Below, piece by piece: positions 51,568 through 64,000 of a DNA stretch of 64,000 nucleotides (position 1 is the first letter of the stretch; each line of letters begins with the position of its first letter). The stretch is from Lepidodermella squamata (taxonomy: Eukaryota; Animalia; Gastrotricha): positions 1 to 64,000 of the forward strand of contig JBLDXI010000007.1 of NCBI GenBank assembly GCA_047495785.1, read 5' to 3'. The position numbers and the translations under genes were made by a program. The notes beneath the pieces were generated by a model. That model saw only the letters and a program-made list of their open reading frames with translations, searched no databases and had not been told where the DNA came from.

Positions 51568-53306
51568 AACTTTGAATCTATTAAATATATAAGTAAATTG
51601 GTTATATGTATATAAGAAATGAACAAGCCAAAGACAGAAGTAAAAGACAAAGCATGGCCTGTCCGCTAGTATTATGACCAAAATCTTCGCATTTCAGGCT
51701 GCCAGTGGAACAATTTGGTCAGTTGGTCGCATCCATGACTCCGCCTTGCTACCTCAAGCGCGCGCCCCATTAAGTGGGGCGTTTTAATCATATTTAATGA
51801 CAGATTTGAGAGGTCCCACGGTCCGCAGTGTTTTACTACAACAAATTGCGGGAATTTTGCAGAGCTATTAGATCAAGTAAAATAAGCCAGCAGCAACAGT
51901 CCTGGGTCCGTTTTCGGGGGTGAGCGGCCCTGGTGCCCTAAAAAAATCCAAAAGCGATTCTCCGATCTCACCACTGGTAACAGCCATTGAAAGAAGACAT
52001 CAGAGCTGGCACAAAAACTTGCCAGTTAATTCACATGGGATCATGAATTCGTAAGCCTTGATCGGTACATAGTATTCCAAATTGTTGCCAGTCAACGAAA
52101 AACCAAAAACACATGGCAAGAACGGTGATAACTCAATAAAAATTAAGAAACCGGCAGAGCTTGTAGGTTGTAGGTTGTAGGAAGACTTCTGTTCCGTAGC
52201 TGTAAACTGTAGACCTTATGTCCAGAACGGGAGTCACGCGAAGATGCCCATAAATATTAATACCTGGGATACGTAAAGCTCGGCATGTGGCTAAAAGCAT
52301 AAAAATTAGCTGGACCATTTGCTTACTGGCAGGCAAACGAGTGCTAGGAAACAAGATTCGGCTTACTCGTGGCTTACTCAAAGCAGAAATGTGGCTCTGA
52401 TCGCTGCGTGAGTCGTGAGTTACATTAAATAGCTTGAGCAGGCGATATATGAGAGATGGCTAGACCGGCTGCTGGGTACTGGAATTTAGGGGGCAATCAA
52501 GTGTCCAGCTTTAATCACAGCAATCACAGCCAACAGTCAACAGACAACAATCGAGTTGCGGCCCTCCCTTCGATCGTTGGTTCGATCGTTTTACCTTTCT
52601 TTCTTTTCCTCTCTCGCGGCGCGCGACCGCCAATATTTGAAAAAATTCTTCAAATGTTTAAAAATGTTATTGCTATATTTATTCAAAAATAGTTTTTAGA
52701 AGATCAAATTTTTAAATTAAAAATAGAAAAATTTGAAGCTATGGCAACGCATTACAAGTCCCCACAAGTCCCTTGTAGTCTCTGCGAAGAGTTTCAAACA
52801 ACCATCCAGCAATCGAACCACAAACCACTCAGAGCAGATTGGTCCTCAAGTTTCAATGCCTGTTGTATATTGGTACGGTTATTCCCAATGCGTTTACAGT
52901 TTCCGCCTTGAAAAGGTCGCTTACGAGTTACCAAGGAGCAGTCGTGGAGCTTCGGCTCTATTAATCTATTATAATATTTCTAAGAATATGTGTTCGATTC
53001 TTTCTGTTCATGATTTGGTAAAAACAATTCGTTTTGACCTATGTTGGTCTAAGTGGAAACCAATAGGCATTGACGGTATAAAAATTGCAGTCATCGCGAA
53101 CGTCAATGCTAAAGTTTCATTTATCTTACATATGGCAAAGCGACTGGTTTTAGACAGAAAACTTGCACAATAGTGATTGCTGATATTTTAAACTGAAAGT
53201 CTTTTAGCAGATCAGCAATCATCTGAGAACACTTGGTTCAATAACACTGAAATTAATTTTTCATTTGATAGAGAAATTAATTGAAGTAACTCGCCACGAA
53301 CTTACG

Positions 53307-55094
53307 ATGAATTCCTTGAATAGACAGCATACTCCACTAATTCGCTATGACAACGACTTGTCGAAGGATCCTCTTGCCGTAAAGGAGGAGCTGAAATCGT
53401 TATCGGAGCGTCAAGCGACCAAGTCCCCATACGAAGTCGGTAGTCTTTCTTTACTTAATGAACGGATCATGCAGCTTGAAGACGAGCTAGGGTCGTACGA
53501 ACGCGACGTAAGCAAATTTGAAAAAATGTACACCGGCACAGATCCAAAGTACTACATGAACGACAAGCTCAATGTGGACAATTCTCGCAAAAAAGACATG
53601 CCATTAGTCAGGAATTTCAGGTCGGCCTATAGAAAGCAAATTTCTAAGCTTAATTCTATGCCGCTGAGATACGAAGCTGTTACAACTCCTGCACCACGAG
53701 AGGAGCATGTCAACTCGACTTCCATCGCTGTAGATATTGAGGTTGATGATTTAACACCTGAAGACAGAAATATTGCCCGACAAATGGAAGGCAAGCCAAA
53801 ATTTGTTGAGATGTACAGCTTCCCCGGGTTCGACGATCCTCTCCGTTTGGAGAAGTTGCCGTATGGTGTATCCCTGAACAAAATTATCGAAGCTGTAATA
53901 AAGTCTCAACCTGGCATGCCTAACAAAAAACCTCGTTACGCCAAATGGATGCGCGTGATGATGATGAAGAAACAGTGTCGCTCAATAATTTTGGACCTCT
54001 TTTGGTGGTTTCTTCTCGACAGATTCAAGGAGCATATTCCCGATGTCATGTCCCAACTCCAACTTCGTATATCTGATAATTACCGCGTTTATCTTGAAAC
54101 CGAGATTCCATTTGACCGCTATCGTGATCCATTTTTCAATTATTTCGCCCAAATGCTTGCTCAAGCCGTATATGCGTGCTTTTGTTACGTATTTCCTGAT
54201 TCATTTGCAAAATACAATGAACATTTCAAAGAGCGCTTGTTGGAAATCTGTGGCGAATGGTTTCAAGGTAAGAGAATGAATATGGATATAATGTCATTGC
54301 CGGCAACTTATACTTTTAGGCACAAAAATTACCTCTGGTTCATGGAAAAAATGGAATTATCTAAATTTGGAACCAAATGGGCTCCGATTGCGAATGGAAG
54401 CCGCAGAGGCCGCTGCGAAAGAAGATACGAAAAGAAAAAGTTCGCCTATTTTTATCTTGTTCTTTCTCCGGCAATAATTTCATGTTATTTAATCAGAGGG
54501 CCTGTTTTCTCTCGAATGGGTGAAAAATTTGGGATCGACATCGAATCTGCAAGCAGCTCCTGTTGATGAGGACCCTGAATCTGGGTTCGTGGAAAAACAA
54601 GCCAAATCAAGCAGGCCCAAGTCATCGAAAAAAGATAGGCCTGAAATAGAATATAAACAAATTGGAAGATTAGCGTGTGAGAGTCATTTGTTCGATTTGT
54701 CCGGCCATACTCCCCTCTTGGCTTCGTCTTGTGCCAGAAAGGGTGCGGATATAAACAATGTGGGCACACACTTTCTTCTGCAGCATCGATACGTTAGACC
54801 TGAAAAGTATGTTAGGATCAGCTTTGTTTTGTATCAATCAACACATTTATTTTTTTATTCAGCTTTGATGAGGAGGAGTCAAGGTACGTTAAAGAGATGT
54901 TCAAACGCAAGCGGGAAGATACACGGACACAAATTCGCAAGATTAATGGCATGCTCCGTACTTGCCATTTGAACGAGGAGAAAAGAAACAAGAAAATGCG
55001 AGATATGGATCGTTCCATTGAGGAATTCTTATCTGATAAAGAACGCGTTCATCGAATGGCCGATATTCTTGCGCTTAAAAGCCTGACAGACTAG
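53307..55094 (+). CDS. FAM227: FAM227 family (FWWh domain) protein
   Basis: ILDLFWWFLLDRF...RISDNY...DPFFNYF..LAQAVYACFCYVFP...ICGEWFQG. Four exons. Confidence 0.85.
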
Positions 55095-55908
55095 TTGATT
55101 CTCGATACTGTTTAATATTTTTTTACCGAACTTTAACGATGCTTGATCATTTGTGATAATAAAATTGCTTTCATAAGTTTATCGGTGCAATCTCGACTAA
55201 ATTTGCTTGCAATAATGGGTTTCATTAACTGTTGCGATGGGTTTTCGACTGGCCATTGTCAAGAAGGGCAGCATGCATGTTAGCCAAACTGCGGTCTGCG
55301 GGAGTTGTTTACTCAGCAGAAATTATTAGAATCTGCGGCCCGAGAATATTCATCGGCGAAAATATTATGTTGCTTACGTTTTCCTGCAACCAATGTGATA
55401 TCCAACGCTATATAGGTAACCGTATATTACAACCAATATGCTTGGTGTGTAACGGCCAGCCTTATTATTTTCACTCTTTATTATGATCAGAAGCGCCAGG
55501 CAGCGCGTAATCTCGGAACGCGTAGACTTTTTTATAAATTGCTCGTGCCGCGGAAACTTGATCCATCAGAATAATGCGATAGAATGGTACCATAACAATC
55601 GTTAATATTATCAAAAGCAACGGGAAATATTCTCCTACTGCATACTGATGGCTTAGTGCAAATTATGTAGCATAGATGAATACTGTTTGCGCTGATGCAA
55701 ACCTACCTTTATCATAATACAGCGCTAGGTATATAACATAAAGAAAGATGAATGCCGTTGGCGAATGCAAGTGGTGCCATAGCGATTGGGCGGACGTATA
55801 AAATAAACACAGAGAACCGCATCTCTCGGAATATTCCAGTTTTATTGCTCGCGCATTACTTTCCGAGTCTTCATATAGACACATAACTTCTCACAATCCA
55901 AACCCAGG

Positions 55909-56660
55909 ATGAAATTTCGGAAAAAGAAGGAGCCAAAGAAGGTGAGATTTGCGAAGCCATTTAAAATTACATTTCAGGCCTTTGATTTATTAGACCAAAT
56001 TCGAGCGAGTCGAAGAGGAGGCTACATTATTAGATCCGAAATTGCTACCCCCAGGAATAACACATGACGAAATCCGAGGTAAATAATGACAATTACACTA
56101 TTATTCTCTGTAATAACTGTACTCCGTCTATTCAGCCTACATTCTAGCCTTTCGACAGTTCGATAAAAGTCAAGATGGCTTTATTAACGCCGAAGAACTT
56201 GGTCAACTCTTGCGAACACTGGGTGAGAACCCGACGGAGCAAGAGCTTATCGATTTGATTTGCGAGGCTGATATGGATGGTAAGAATTTTGTAAAATCCT
56301 ACATAGGTCATAATGTTATGCGCGTGTAGGTAGTGGACAGGTCGATCTTGTCGAATTTATTTGGCTCATGAACAATCGCGAAAAGCGCGCTAGATGTGCT
56401 GATGAGATGAAACTTGCTTTCAAAATGTTTGATCTTGACAACGACGGCTTAGTAACAGCTTCGGATTTTAGACGAGTCATCGAATCCATGGGCGAATCTT
56501 TCTCCAACTTCGAAATCGATTGCATGATAGGCGATGGCGATGATGACAAAGATGGAATGCTTGCTTACATGGGTAAGATAGATTTTCGTGGGACATTTTG
56601 AATTATTAAATATGTGTTTTATTCTTTCCAGAATTCGGTAAACTTATGCTGAACTCTTAG
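55909..56660 (+). CDS. Calmodulin-like EF-hand protein
   Basis: FRQFDKSQDGFINAEELGQLLRTLGENPTEQEL..EADMDGSGQVD..EF, FKMFDLDNDG, DDDKDGML. Five short exons. Confidence 0.9.
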
Positions 56661-56854
56661 AATATTACTCGCCAATTGATATTCTAAAAGACTGCATGCG
56701 ACTTGCTGAAATTCGTTGTACAAAAGCAGTTTATACCCTGGTTTTTCATAAAGCAATAAAGTCTATTGGTTACTTTTACTTCTCTTTTATCAGTAATTAG
56801 ACGGCACAATTTATTTTCAATTTTATTAAAGTCATTTTATAAGCTACAACATGT

Positions 56855-58864
56855 TCATTTGCGATGTGACGATTTGACATCAGGAGTGCCAATAGCGGCT
56901 TGCAGAGTTGGATTGGAAGCCTTCAATCCATTAATTTTCTTGGCGAGAGCTGAGCTGTTCATGCTTACTTCCGCGTGAGTAACTTGCAAATCGGCGAGAC
57001 GGCGACGTAGCATTTCGGCGTCGTCAACCTTATTTTCGAAATCGCGCAGAAGATCATTTTTACCCAACAGGCCAGCTGATTGCTTGAGCTTTTCGTTATC
57101 ATTTCGAAGCATGTCACGAGATTGTTTCAGTCGAGTCACTTTCGAGCGTTTCTGGATATTTAGATAGAAAAATGTTTATAGCGGGGAATCAATGTATAAA
57201 TTTGATTTTTCTTACCACGCCAAGAGTTTTATCCACGTCTTCGAGTCTAAGCTTTTGAACCTCATTTTCATGGCGGAGATACTCAAGCTTTTCCTTGACG
57301 TGGGTTAGCACTTCTACGCTGGTCGTAATTTTTTTGCGAAGTTTGGAAATATCTTCATTACGCTCCTCGATTTTCTCATTATATGTTTGATTTTCGATCT
57401 TGAGCTGCTCGAAGTCAATCATATGAAGGCCTTCGCCCAGCTTGTCTTTCGCCTTCATAGTGTCTTCGATTTTATGAATGCGATTCCGCAGAATAATATT
57501 TTCAATTAGAAGCTTATGGATATCGCTATCCTTCTTCGCTTCAAGCGCAAATTGCGGCTCGACATCATCCCATTGCGGAGCTTTTCCTGTTTTGACACTG
57601 ACAGAAGACAGTACGGTGGTTTTCTTGAGGTCTCGCAGTTGTGTGAGCAAAGCTTCTCCGTCATTGCGAAGCTGTTCCCTTCGCTCGCGTAAGCCATCCA
57701 GCTGTTCACGACTTCTTTCATCAAGAATTCGCTTTTCTCTGATGAGATCCGTGTACTTGGATAGAAGAGATGCGTATTTTTGTTCACCTTCGCCGGCAGC
57801 CTCTAGTCCACCCGTGCGATCTTCTGCACGCTTGTTCTGGAAGTAAAGGGCCAGCTTGTGTTGCACGTTTTGATTCTTCAATTTCAGCTGATCCCGTTCG
57901 GCCATCTGCTGCTGAATAACTTCTATCATTTGCTGCCGGCTGAATTTCGGCAAAGCCTCCTCTTCAATATCTGATTCATCATCGCTTCCGCCGGCAGCGT
58001 ACTCGTTCTGCTCAGTCATCCCACTTTGTCTCCCAGCTCCATATGTATCGTATTCGCGTTTTTGATGATCATGCTTCGGCGCCATTTCACCGTCAGCGTC
58101 TTCCTCTTCAATAGCCGAGCGCAAGGGCTCAAAGCGAGCACGCGAAACTTTCCGCTCAACTTTCGGATGTGCTGCCAACTCATCGGTCTCTGGATGCTCG
58201 CTTGGTTCAGCCTTTCCTTGCTCCGCTTGCTCGGTCGGCTCAGTAGGGGCCTCAACAACCTCAATGGAAACTTCAGCGCCCTCGCCGGCAGCTTTTTCAC
58301 CCGCAGCTTCATCACTGGTCTCGGCGTTCGCCTCGCCTCCTTCAGCTTCTGTCGGCTTTTCTTCGCCCTGTAAATTGTAAATTCGATGTGTCAGTTTGCG
58401 TATTTAGAAACAGCTCAGAACTAACCTCTGTATCCTTCGAAGTCTCAGCATCGATCGGAGCTTCGCCGTCGGTTGTAGCAGCAACAGCATCACTTTCAGT
58501 TTTGCCTTCTTCGAGTGCGCTAGGTTCGGCATTGCTTTCACCAGATAACTCTGTATCACCATTAGCACCCGTTGAATCGTCACCGCCTTGTTGCTGATCC
58601 AAAGCAGCAGATTCAGTGACAATGTCTTGTGCAACTTCATCTTGCTTTTCTTCCTCGGCAAGGGCAACTAGCTCGTCGACTGTTTCCATGCGAGAAACAG
58701 CATCCGCTCCCTCTGCTGGAACTTCCGATTGCTCCCGATCAAGATCGCTCAATTCCTGTTCTGTAAGAATAGGCTGCCATTAAATTCAATAATTAGCACA
58801 TCAATAATAATTTACCAGCTCCATCAGGAATTTCCGAATCAATTCGGCTTTCAGATTCAGCCAT
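56855..58864 (-). CDS. CCDC96: Coiled-coil domain-containing 96 (CFAP184, DUF4201)
   Basis: LGEGLHMIDFEQLKIENQTYNEKIEERNE..KLRKKI..VEVLTHVKEKL and GLLGKNDLLRDFE. Acidic N-terminus. Confidence 0.93.
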
Positions 58865-58917
58865 GATTAATTTTATAGCCTAAAGCCTAAAATAGAATGA
58901 ATATAAGATTTGTTAAT

Positions 58918-59301
58918 TTATTTGGCATCATAGCTCGTTCGTAGCAAGTTACTGCGGCTTTGATCATTTTTACGGTTTTTCAATCGGCTATTGACTTTTT
59001 CAGACAACTGCGGATCCGTAAAATATTCGGACGCAAAGCGCTCAATGTTATCAGGCTTTACAGATAAGCATGACGAAAGGAATCCAGAAAGTAGGACAGA
59101 AATTTCAGGGTGCTTGCGCAGATATGTTTCGTTTAATGTGCGGGTTTGAATTTTGAACTGGTTAAGTTTAGTTTGCTGCTCGACGCTAAGAGCACCCAGA
59201 TCATGCTCGCCATTGCTGATTTGCGAGAATGCAGCATCGATTGTACCATGGTCGTAGGGCTCCATACTGTGAGGAGCTCTACATGCCGGTTTATTCGCCA
59301 T
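58918..59301 (-). CDS. RIIAD1: RIIa domain-containing protein 1
   Basis: DLGALSVEQQTKLNQFKIQTR..NETYLRKHPEI..LLSGFL..KPDNIERFASEYFTDPQL. Confidence 0.9.
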   Translation of the reverse strand: MANKPACRAPHSMEPYDHGTIDAAFSQISNGEHDLGALSVEQQTKLNQFKIQTRTLNETYLRKHPEISVLLSGFLSSCLSVKPDNIERFASEYFTDPQLSEKVNSRLKNRKNDQSRSNLLRTSYDAK

Positions 59302-62300
59302 TAAATACGGGTTACTCCAAAGTAAAATCTAAAGTAAAGTAACGTGAGCATTTTTACCCAACTTTACATTAACTGTATCTAAAATGAATACTGGCCAAAG
59401 GCCATGAAATTATTCATAGAAAATGACCCTGAAAAAGAGTTTCACGCCGGAGAAACCATGTCGGTGAATATTATAGGTAAACTATGGGTTGAAGATCGAT
59501 GATTAAATCGATAAAATTAGCACGAAATCGGAAGCTATGATACCGACCAGGTCTAGAAAAGTTGACGCTAGGTATGAGACTAGGTGTGTGGATTGTGGAT
59601 GAGTGGATGGATGAATGGATGTAGAGCCTGCCATTAATTCTGGTGATTTAACAGGGCAGGTGAAAAGAAGCCTGTGAACGATGATTCATTGCAAAGATGA
59701 AAAGTCCAAAAGAAAAGGTCAGCCTAGCTCCATGCATTCAGCAGCAGATGAGAAAATTAGGGTCTTGCGTAGTATTATCCGATTGCGTGGCTCCGAGGCT
59801 GCCATTGTCGGAGCCGCGGAGATTTTCGATTTTCATTTGTACAATTCGATGAGCTCGACGGGTGCGCTTCGCCACGGAGGCATTGAAATAAGCTTGTTTT
59901 TATGCACATGCCTCCTTCCATCCAAGGTTAGTTGTTTCAGGTTGCAACGCAGCTCTTCGACTTACGAGAAGGCCTTCATCCAGAGTGCTCTGTCTGACTG
60001 TTCGACAAACCGCCTCGATAAAGTCGCGTTGCCAATGCCAACAAAAAATTAATAATCAATGGATGCAAAATTTAAACAATAAAAAAACTTAGTTTGAAAT
60101 TGTTTTTAAATGCTGGTGAATAACTTGCAGACTTTTCAAAAAATCAAAAGTTTTTTTTTAAAAGTTGGCTCCTGGATAAGTTTGTACGCACCGGGTGCCG
60201 GGTGAGTGTGATTGAAACATCGATTATCGAAGCCGCGATGCCACTGCGATCGCGCGCAAAACTTCATACGCCTGCAGCTGGTATTATTAAAGTTTCATTG
60301 AATTTATTATTTTGAATCTCGAATCACCCGGATGCCGATGAAGTATTGGGTTTCAGGTTTTATTCTCTCCTAAGGAAAAACGATCGCTTACGAATCGAGT
60401 TACATTCTATATTCAGGGCTTTCATCGCGTCTGTGATCTTATGATAGCATTTTTCAGTTAAATTCAGGTAGGAATCTACATCACACAGCGCTTGCTTCGC
60501 TTTAGCCTTTAGCCATGATTATTCTTTCTTCTTTTCTTTTCTTTCTTGAAAACTGTATGTTTTGGTTCTTAGTCAAATGTGACTGATGGTTCTGATAAAG
60601 TCTTGCTGTTTTCTATTCAGCTGCTTTGGTTCTCAACTTGGCATGTTTTGTCAGCGTGCGTCTCATTTTAAGAATTCGTAAGAACGGTGTAAGAATAAAT
60701 GCGCTGTTAGAGACAATCTGAGACAAGTGTTTCTCTCTTCTGACCATGCGAGCGATGAATGCTAGATATTATCATTCGCCTCTGCTTGATTAGCTGTAAG
60801 TATCATAATGGGGCGCTTCGTGGTACATAATTTGTAATGTGTAATGTATATCATGCGTGATAGTGAATCTTCAACTACTTGGTGATTGTTGATTAATTCT
60901 TAGTTCTTCATGCTAACATTCGGGCTTCGGGCATGCGAGCTTTTGTAATTTCCCAGGTTCCTAGCGGATTAATCTGTCTCCTGTCTCCATTCGATAATAT
61001 TAAATATTAAGTTGAAGCGGTGAATTCAAAATCTTTGACAGTATTACGTTCAGAAATGTGTTGAGAAATCTGCTGCGAAGGGGATTTGGTTTTGCACCAT
61101 TAGCAAATGAATTTTCCAACATCCATATCTCAAACTTGAATTCACGAGTGATTTGTAAGCAGCTTCATCCTTTGTCATCCAATAAATAATAAATAGTAGC
61201 TCCATCTGCTTCATCTGCGTTACAGAGCTTTTTTTATTTAACATGGTACAAATATCTGCCTATCATATAAATTAAACGCAACCCATGAAAAGGTGCCAAC
61301 TTGTTCACTCTCTCAAACAAAAGGGGTTTCCTCAATCATAAATATGCACTAGCTGTTGCTTTTTTGAAAGAGAGCTCTTGTTCATTTTGTTACGTTTTCT
61401 TGGGTTGCGTCTCAAATATCTAGCGTGAACTGGCGGGTGGCGAGCTCTTCATTGTAGTTACCTCATTTTCTTTTAGAATTCTTTATTTCGTTATGCGGTA
61501 TACAATCAGTGCAATGATTTGCTCATTGGATAGGTGGATTGTTTGGATTATTCTTGGAAGTATTTGAGGATCAATCGATCGTTACTTTCTAAGACTACAG
61601 AGCATCATACGGTACGTACGCACCATACGTATCATACGCTACGTTAAAGACTCCCGCATCATTAAAAACTTTGGTTTCTCTGCATAATAAAGTGATATTA
61701 GCCTGCACACGCAGGATGGCGTGATGCTCACTCGCAATCAAATTCGATTTTTCATCGTTATCGGACTAATGGTAAATGTAGTTGGTTTCAAAACAGTGTA
61801 ATTAATAATTCCGCAGCTCTCTCTGGAAATATGCTCCTTCTCTGTTTCGCAAGATGACCTGCGCGATACCAATGTGATGTTTGATCCTGATATCATTGCA
61901 AACATCATTATTCTCAAATTCCTTCGGCGAATATCTGTGGATATATGAAGACGACTTGGCGCGCGTGTTTGTCACTGCAATGTGCGATTATTCTATTGGT
62001 ATTATAATTGTTATTGTTATTGTTGTTGTTGTTGCTATCACAGTCTCAATTTCACGGTCTCGTGCTTTTGCTGCGTTTGCTATAGTAGGTATCGTTCTTT
62101 CGCACTTGTCCACTGTGTTTTAGCAGTGGGGTACGGAAGGAGGCTGAAACACGAAACTAACGTAGCCAACCTGGCTCATTTGTATACACATTCCTTTGTT
62201 GCCGGCGAGACGTGTCCCTCGCAAGATGTTGTTGACGTGCGAAGGTTTTTTCGTCGTAGTTGCCGATTCCGTGGATACAAGAATTATCTTGGTATCATAG

Positions 62301-64000
62301 CACATTGGAGATGCGGTATAGCTAATTGCGTGAATAGTCTTGTGCAGCGCCTGGCAAATATTAATATAGCATGTTGCCACGTAACACGTTCGGCGATTAT
62401 TCGCACACAAACACTGTACATGCATTTGGATCAACACTTTCCGCTTCTTTGTTCTACATGACGACGAAGAAATGTTTACTCTGGCCGCTCTGTTGGCTCC
62501 GCGAGCCCCCTCCTCATCTCTCTCGCTCTCTCTCTGGTCTCTTCGCTCGCGTATTTGCTCAAGGGGTGCAGTCATCTCGGCTATTACCGTGCCTAGAGCT
62601 CGCGAAACCTCCTTGACATACGCGCGGATATGAGTGTGGCTCGCCGGGGGACGGCGCGACACTGTCAAATGCATAATTCATAGTGCTCGCGACCCCACCA
62701 GGCGCTTATCCTGTGCTATTCTTTCGCTTCGCACTTGCTGAATGAATACTAGGTAGTTGCAAAGTGTGTAAACTAATTAGAACTTCGATCAAGGTGTAGT
62801 AGTAGCGAGGACACATGATGTATCGTCTTCCATCGAATTTTATAGCGGGTCATGTGTAATTTGTAGTAATCGTCTCCGGAAAGATGATTACGATGGCCAC
62901 ACAAGATAATGCCCGCACGTGAGCTGGCATCTTGGAAGTACTCGCCGCAATTAACCTCGCCATATTGCCCTCTGTTTTGCATTTTCAGCAGCGCTCGTTA
63001 AGTTCAGGTTTACTGCTCGATTGAGAAGTATACAGTATAGTGGGTTCCGCAGCAGCGCCGCTACATCTCTCGGCGCGAGTCCGTAATTGCGCGCGGCCGC
63101 TATGCGTAAAGGAATCCCCCATCAATCAAGCAGCTTAGGGCTGAGTTCCCACACGCACTCACGCACGATCTGCCTGCTAAATTTCGGGCGATTGCTTTTA
63201 GCATCTTGTTGATACTTGTATTTCTAGAGGCTGCACTTTTATATTACCATTATTATCATTACTATTAATATTTCTTTTATTGTTCTTCGCGTGCGATGCT
63301 CAACAATCGCCTCGCTGCTACTACTGCTGATGCTCCTCCGTTCATTATTTCTTAATAATAAATAAATGCAATACAAATATGAATCTATTTGAAGATGCCT
63401 CGGCTTGTTTTGGTCCTAATCCGCCTTAATAATTTTTGCGCGCCGAATTTTTTATATTTATTGTTATTTACAGCTCGAAGTCCCTTCCCTAATTTTTATT
63501 ATTGCCGCGTTGCGGAGCTGTTTTATGATTACAGCTTATGGCACAGTGTTAGCCCCAACTTTACGCTCGCCAAATAGAGAGCTGCGAGTAAGTATTTGCC
63601 AAAAATATGGCGGTGTGCTTAATTGACAACTGTGGCATGCGCGGCAGATGGCGACGGGAAGATAGCTGCTCCACGACTCGATGTATCTTCTATCTCCTGC
63701 TCACTCTCACTGTTTTATGATAATGGCGTTGGCTTCAAGTAGCAGTAATAAAAATTTGCTCATTTAACTGAGCGTGCGTGCTAAATGCGACAAAAGATGA
63801 GCGCGCGCGCGTTACTGTAAAAAAGCTACCTTAATTGCTGAAAATGCGAGCTGGCGCGAGTATTTACCCTTTAATCTGCGCGAGCGAGCGCGCGCAAAAC
63901 AAAACAAATTATTATTCCAATATAATAGACTCGAGATTATGGTGTTAATTTTATGGCCAATGGTTGTTTTTCACTGCGCGCGCGCGCCGCATTATCTAAC

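Noticed and set aside
52068-52080. 13-nt inverted match (TTGGAATACTATG) to the snoRNA candidate at ~28800
   Set aside because: Matches of this length are expected by chance in 64 kb.
61881-62982. ORFs of 69-184 aa on both strands
   Set aside because: Low-complexity, microsatellite-derived translations with no domain signal; likely non-coding.

Overview
Gene-dense, compact animal (probably small ciliated invertebrate) genomic DNA with mostly 45-110 nt GT-AG introns. The window opens with a 16-mer matching my recollection of PacBio barcode bc1003, followed by a perfect ~4.26 kb inverted duplication (17-4279 vs 4420-8682). Both point to a read end plus an MDA fold-back chimera, so bases 1-4279 are probably an artefact. 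Genes in order: a single-pass membrane protein, a WD40 protein, LRRC27, an ICE1-like gene with a short tandem paralogue, muscle myosin II heavy chain, NELFCD, MRPL41, TRPT1, RSL1D1, RPS24, PKD2, a neuropeptide-like precursor, POLR3E, TK1, an orphan helical protein, a CUB/LDLa trypsin protease, shugoshin, FAM227, a calmodulin-like protein, CCDC96 and RIIAD1. Repeats are four MITEs (three with exact target-site duplications) and a 5'-truncated CR1-like LINE. The most interesting biology is several head-to-tail gene clusters with 41-104 nt spacers and unpaired splice acceptors just before the ATG, suggesting operons resolved by SL trans-splicing. Also notable: a mini-ICE1 paralogue, a candidate 6-nt myosin loop-2 microexon, and a candidate intronic H/ACA RNA. 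All family calls are from motif recognition, not database searches.
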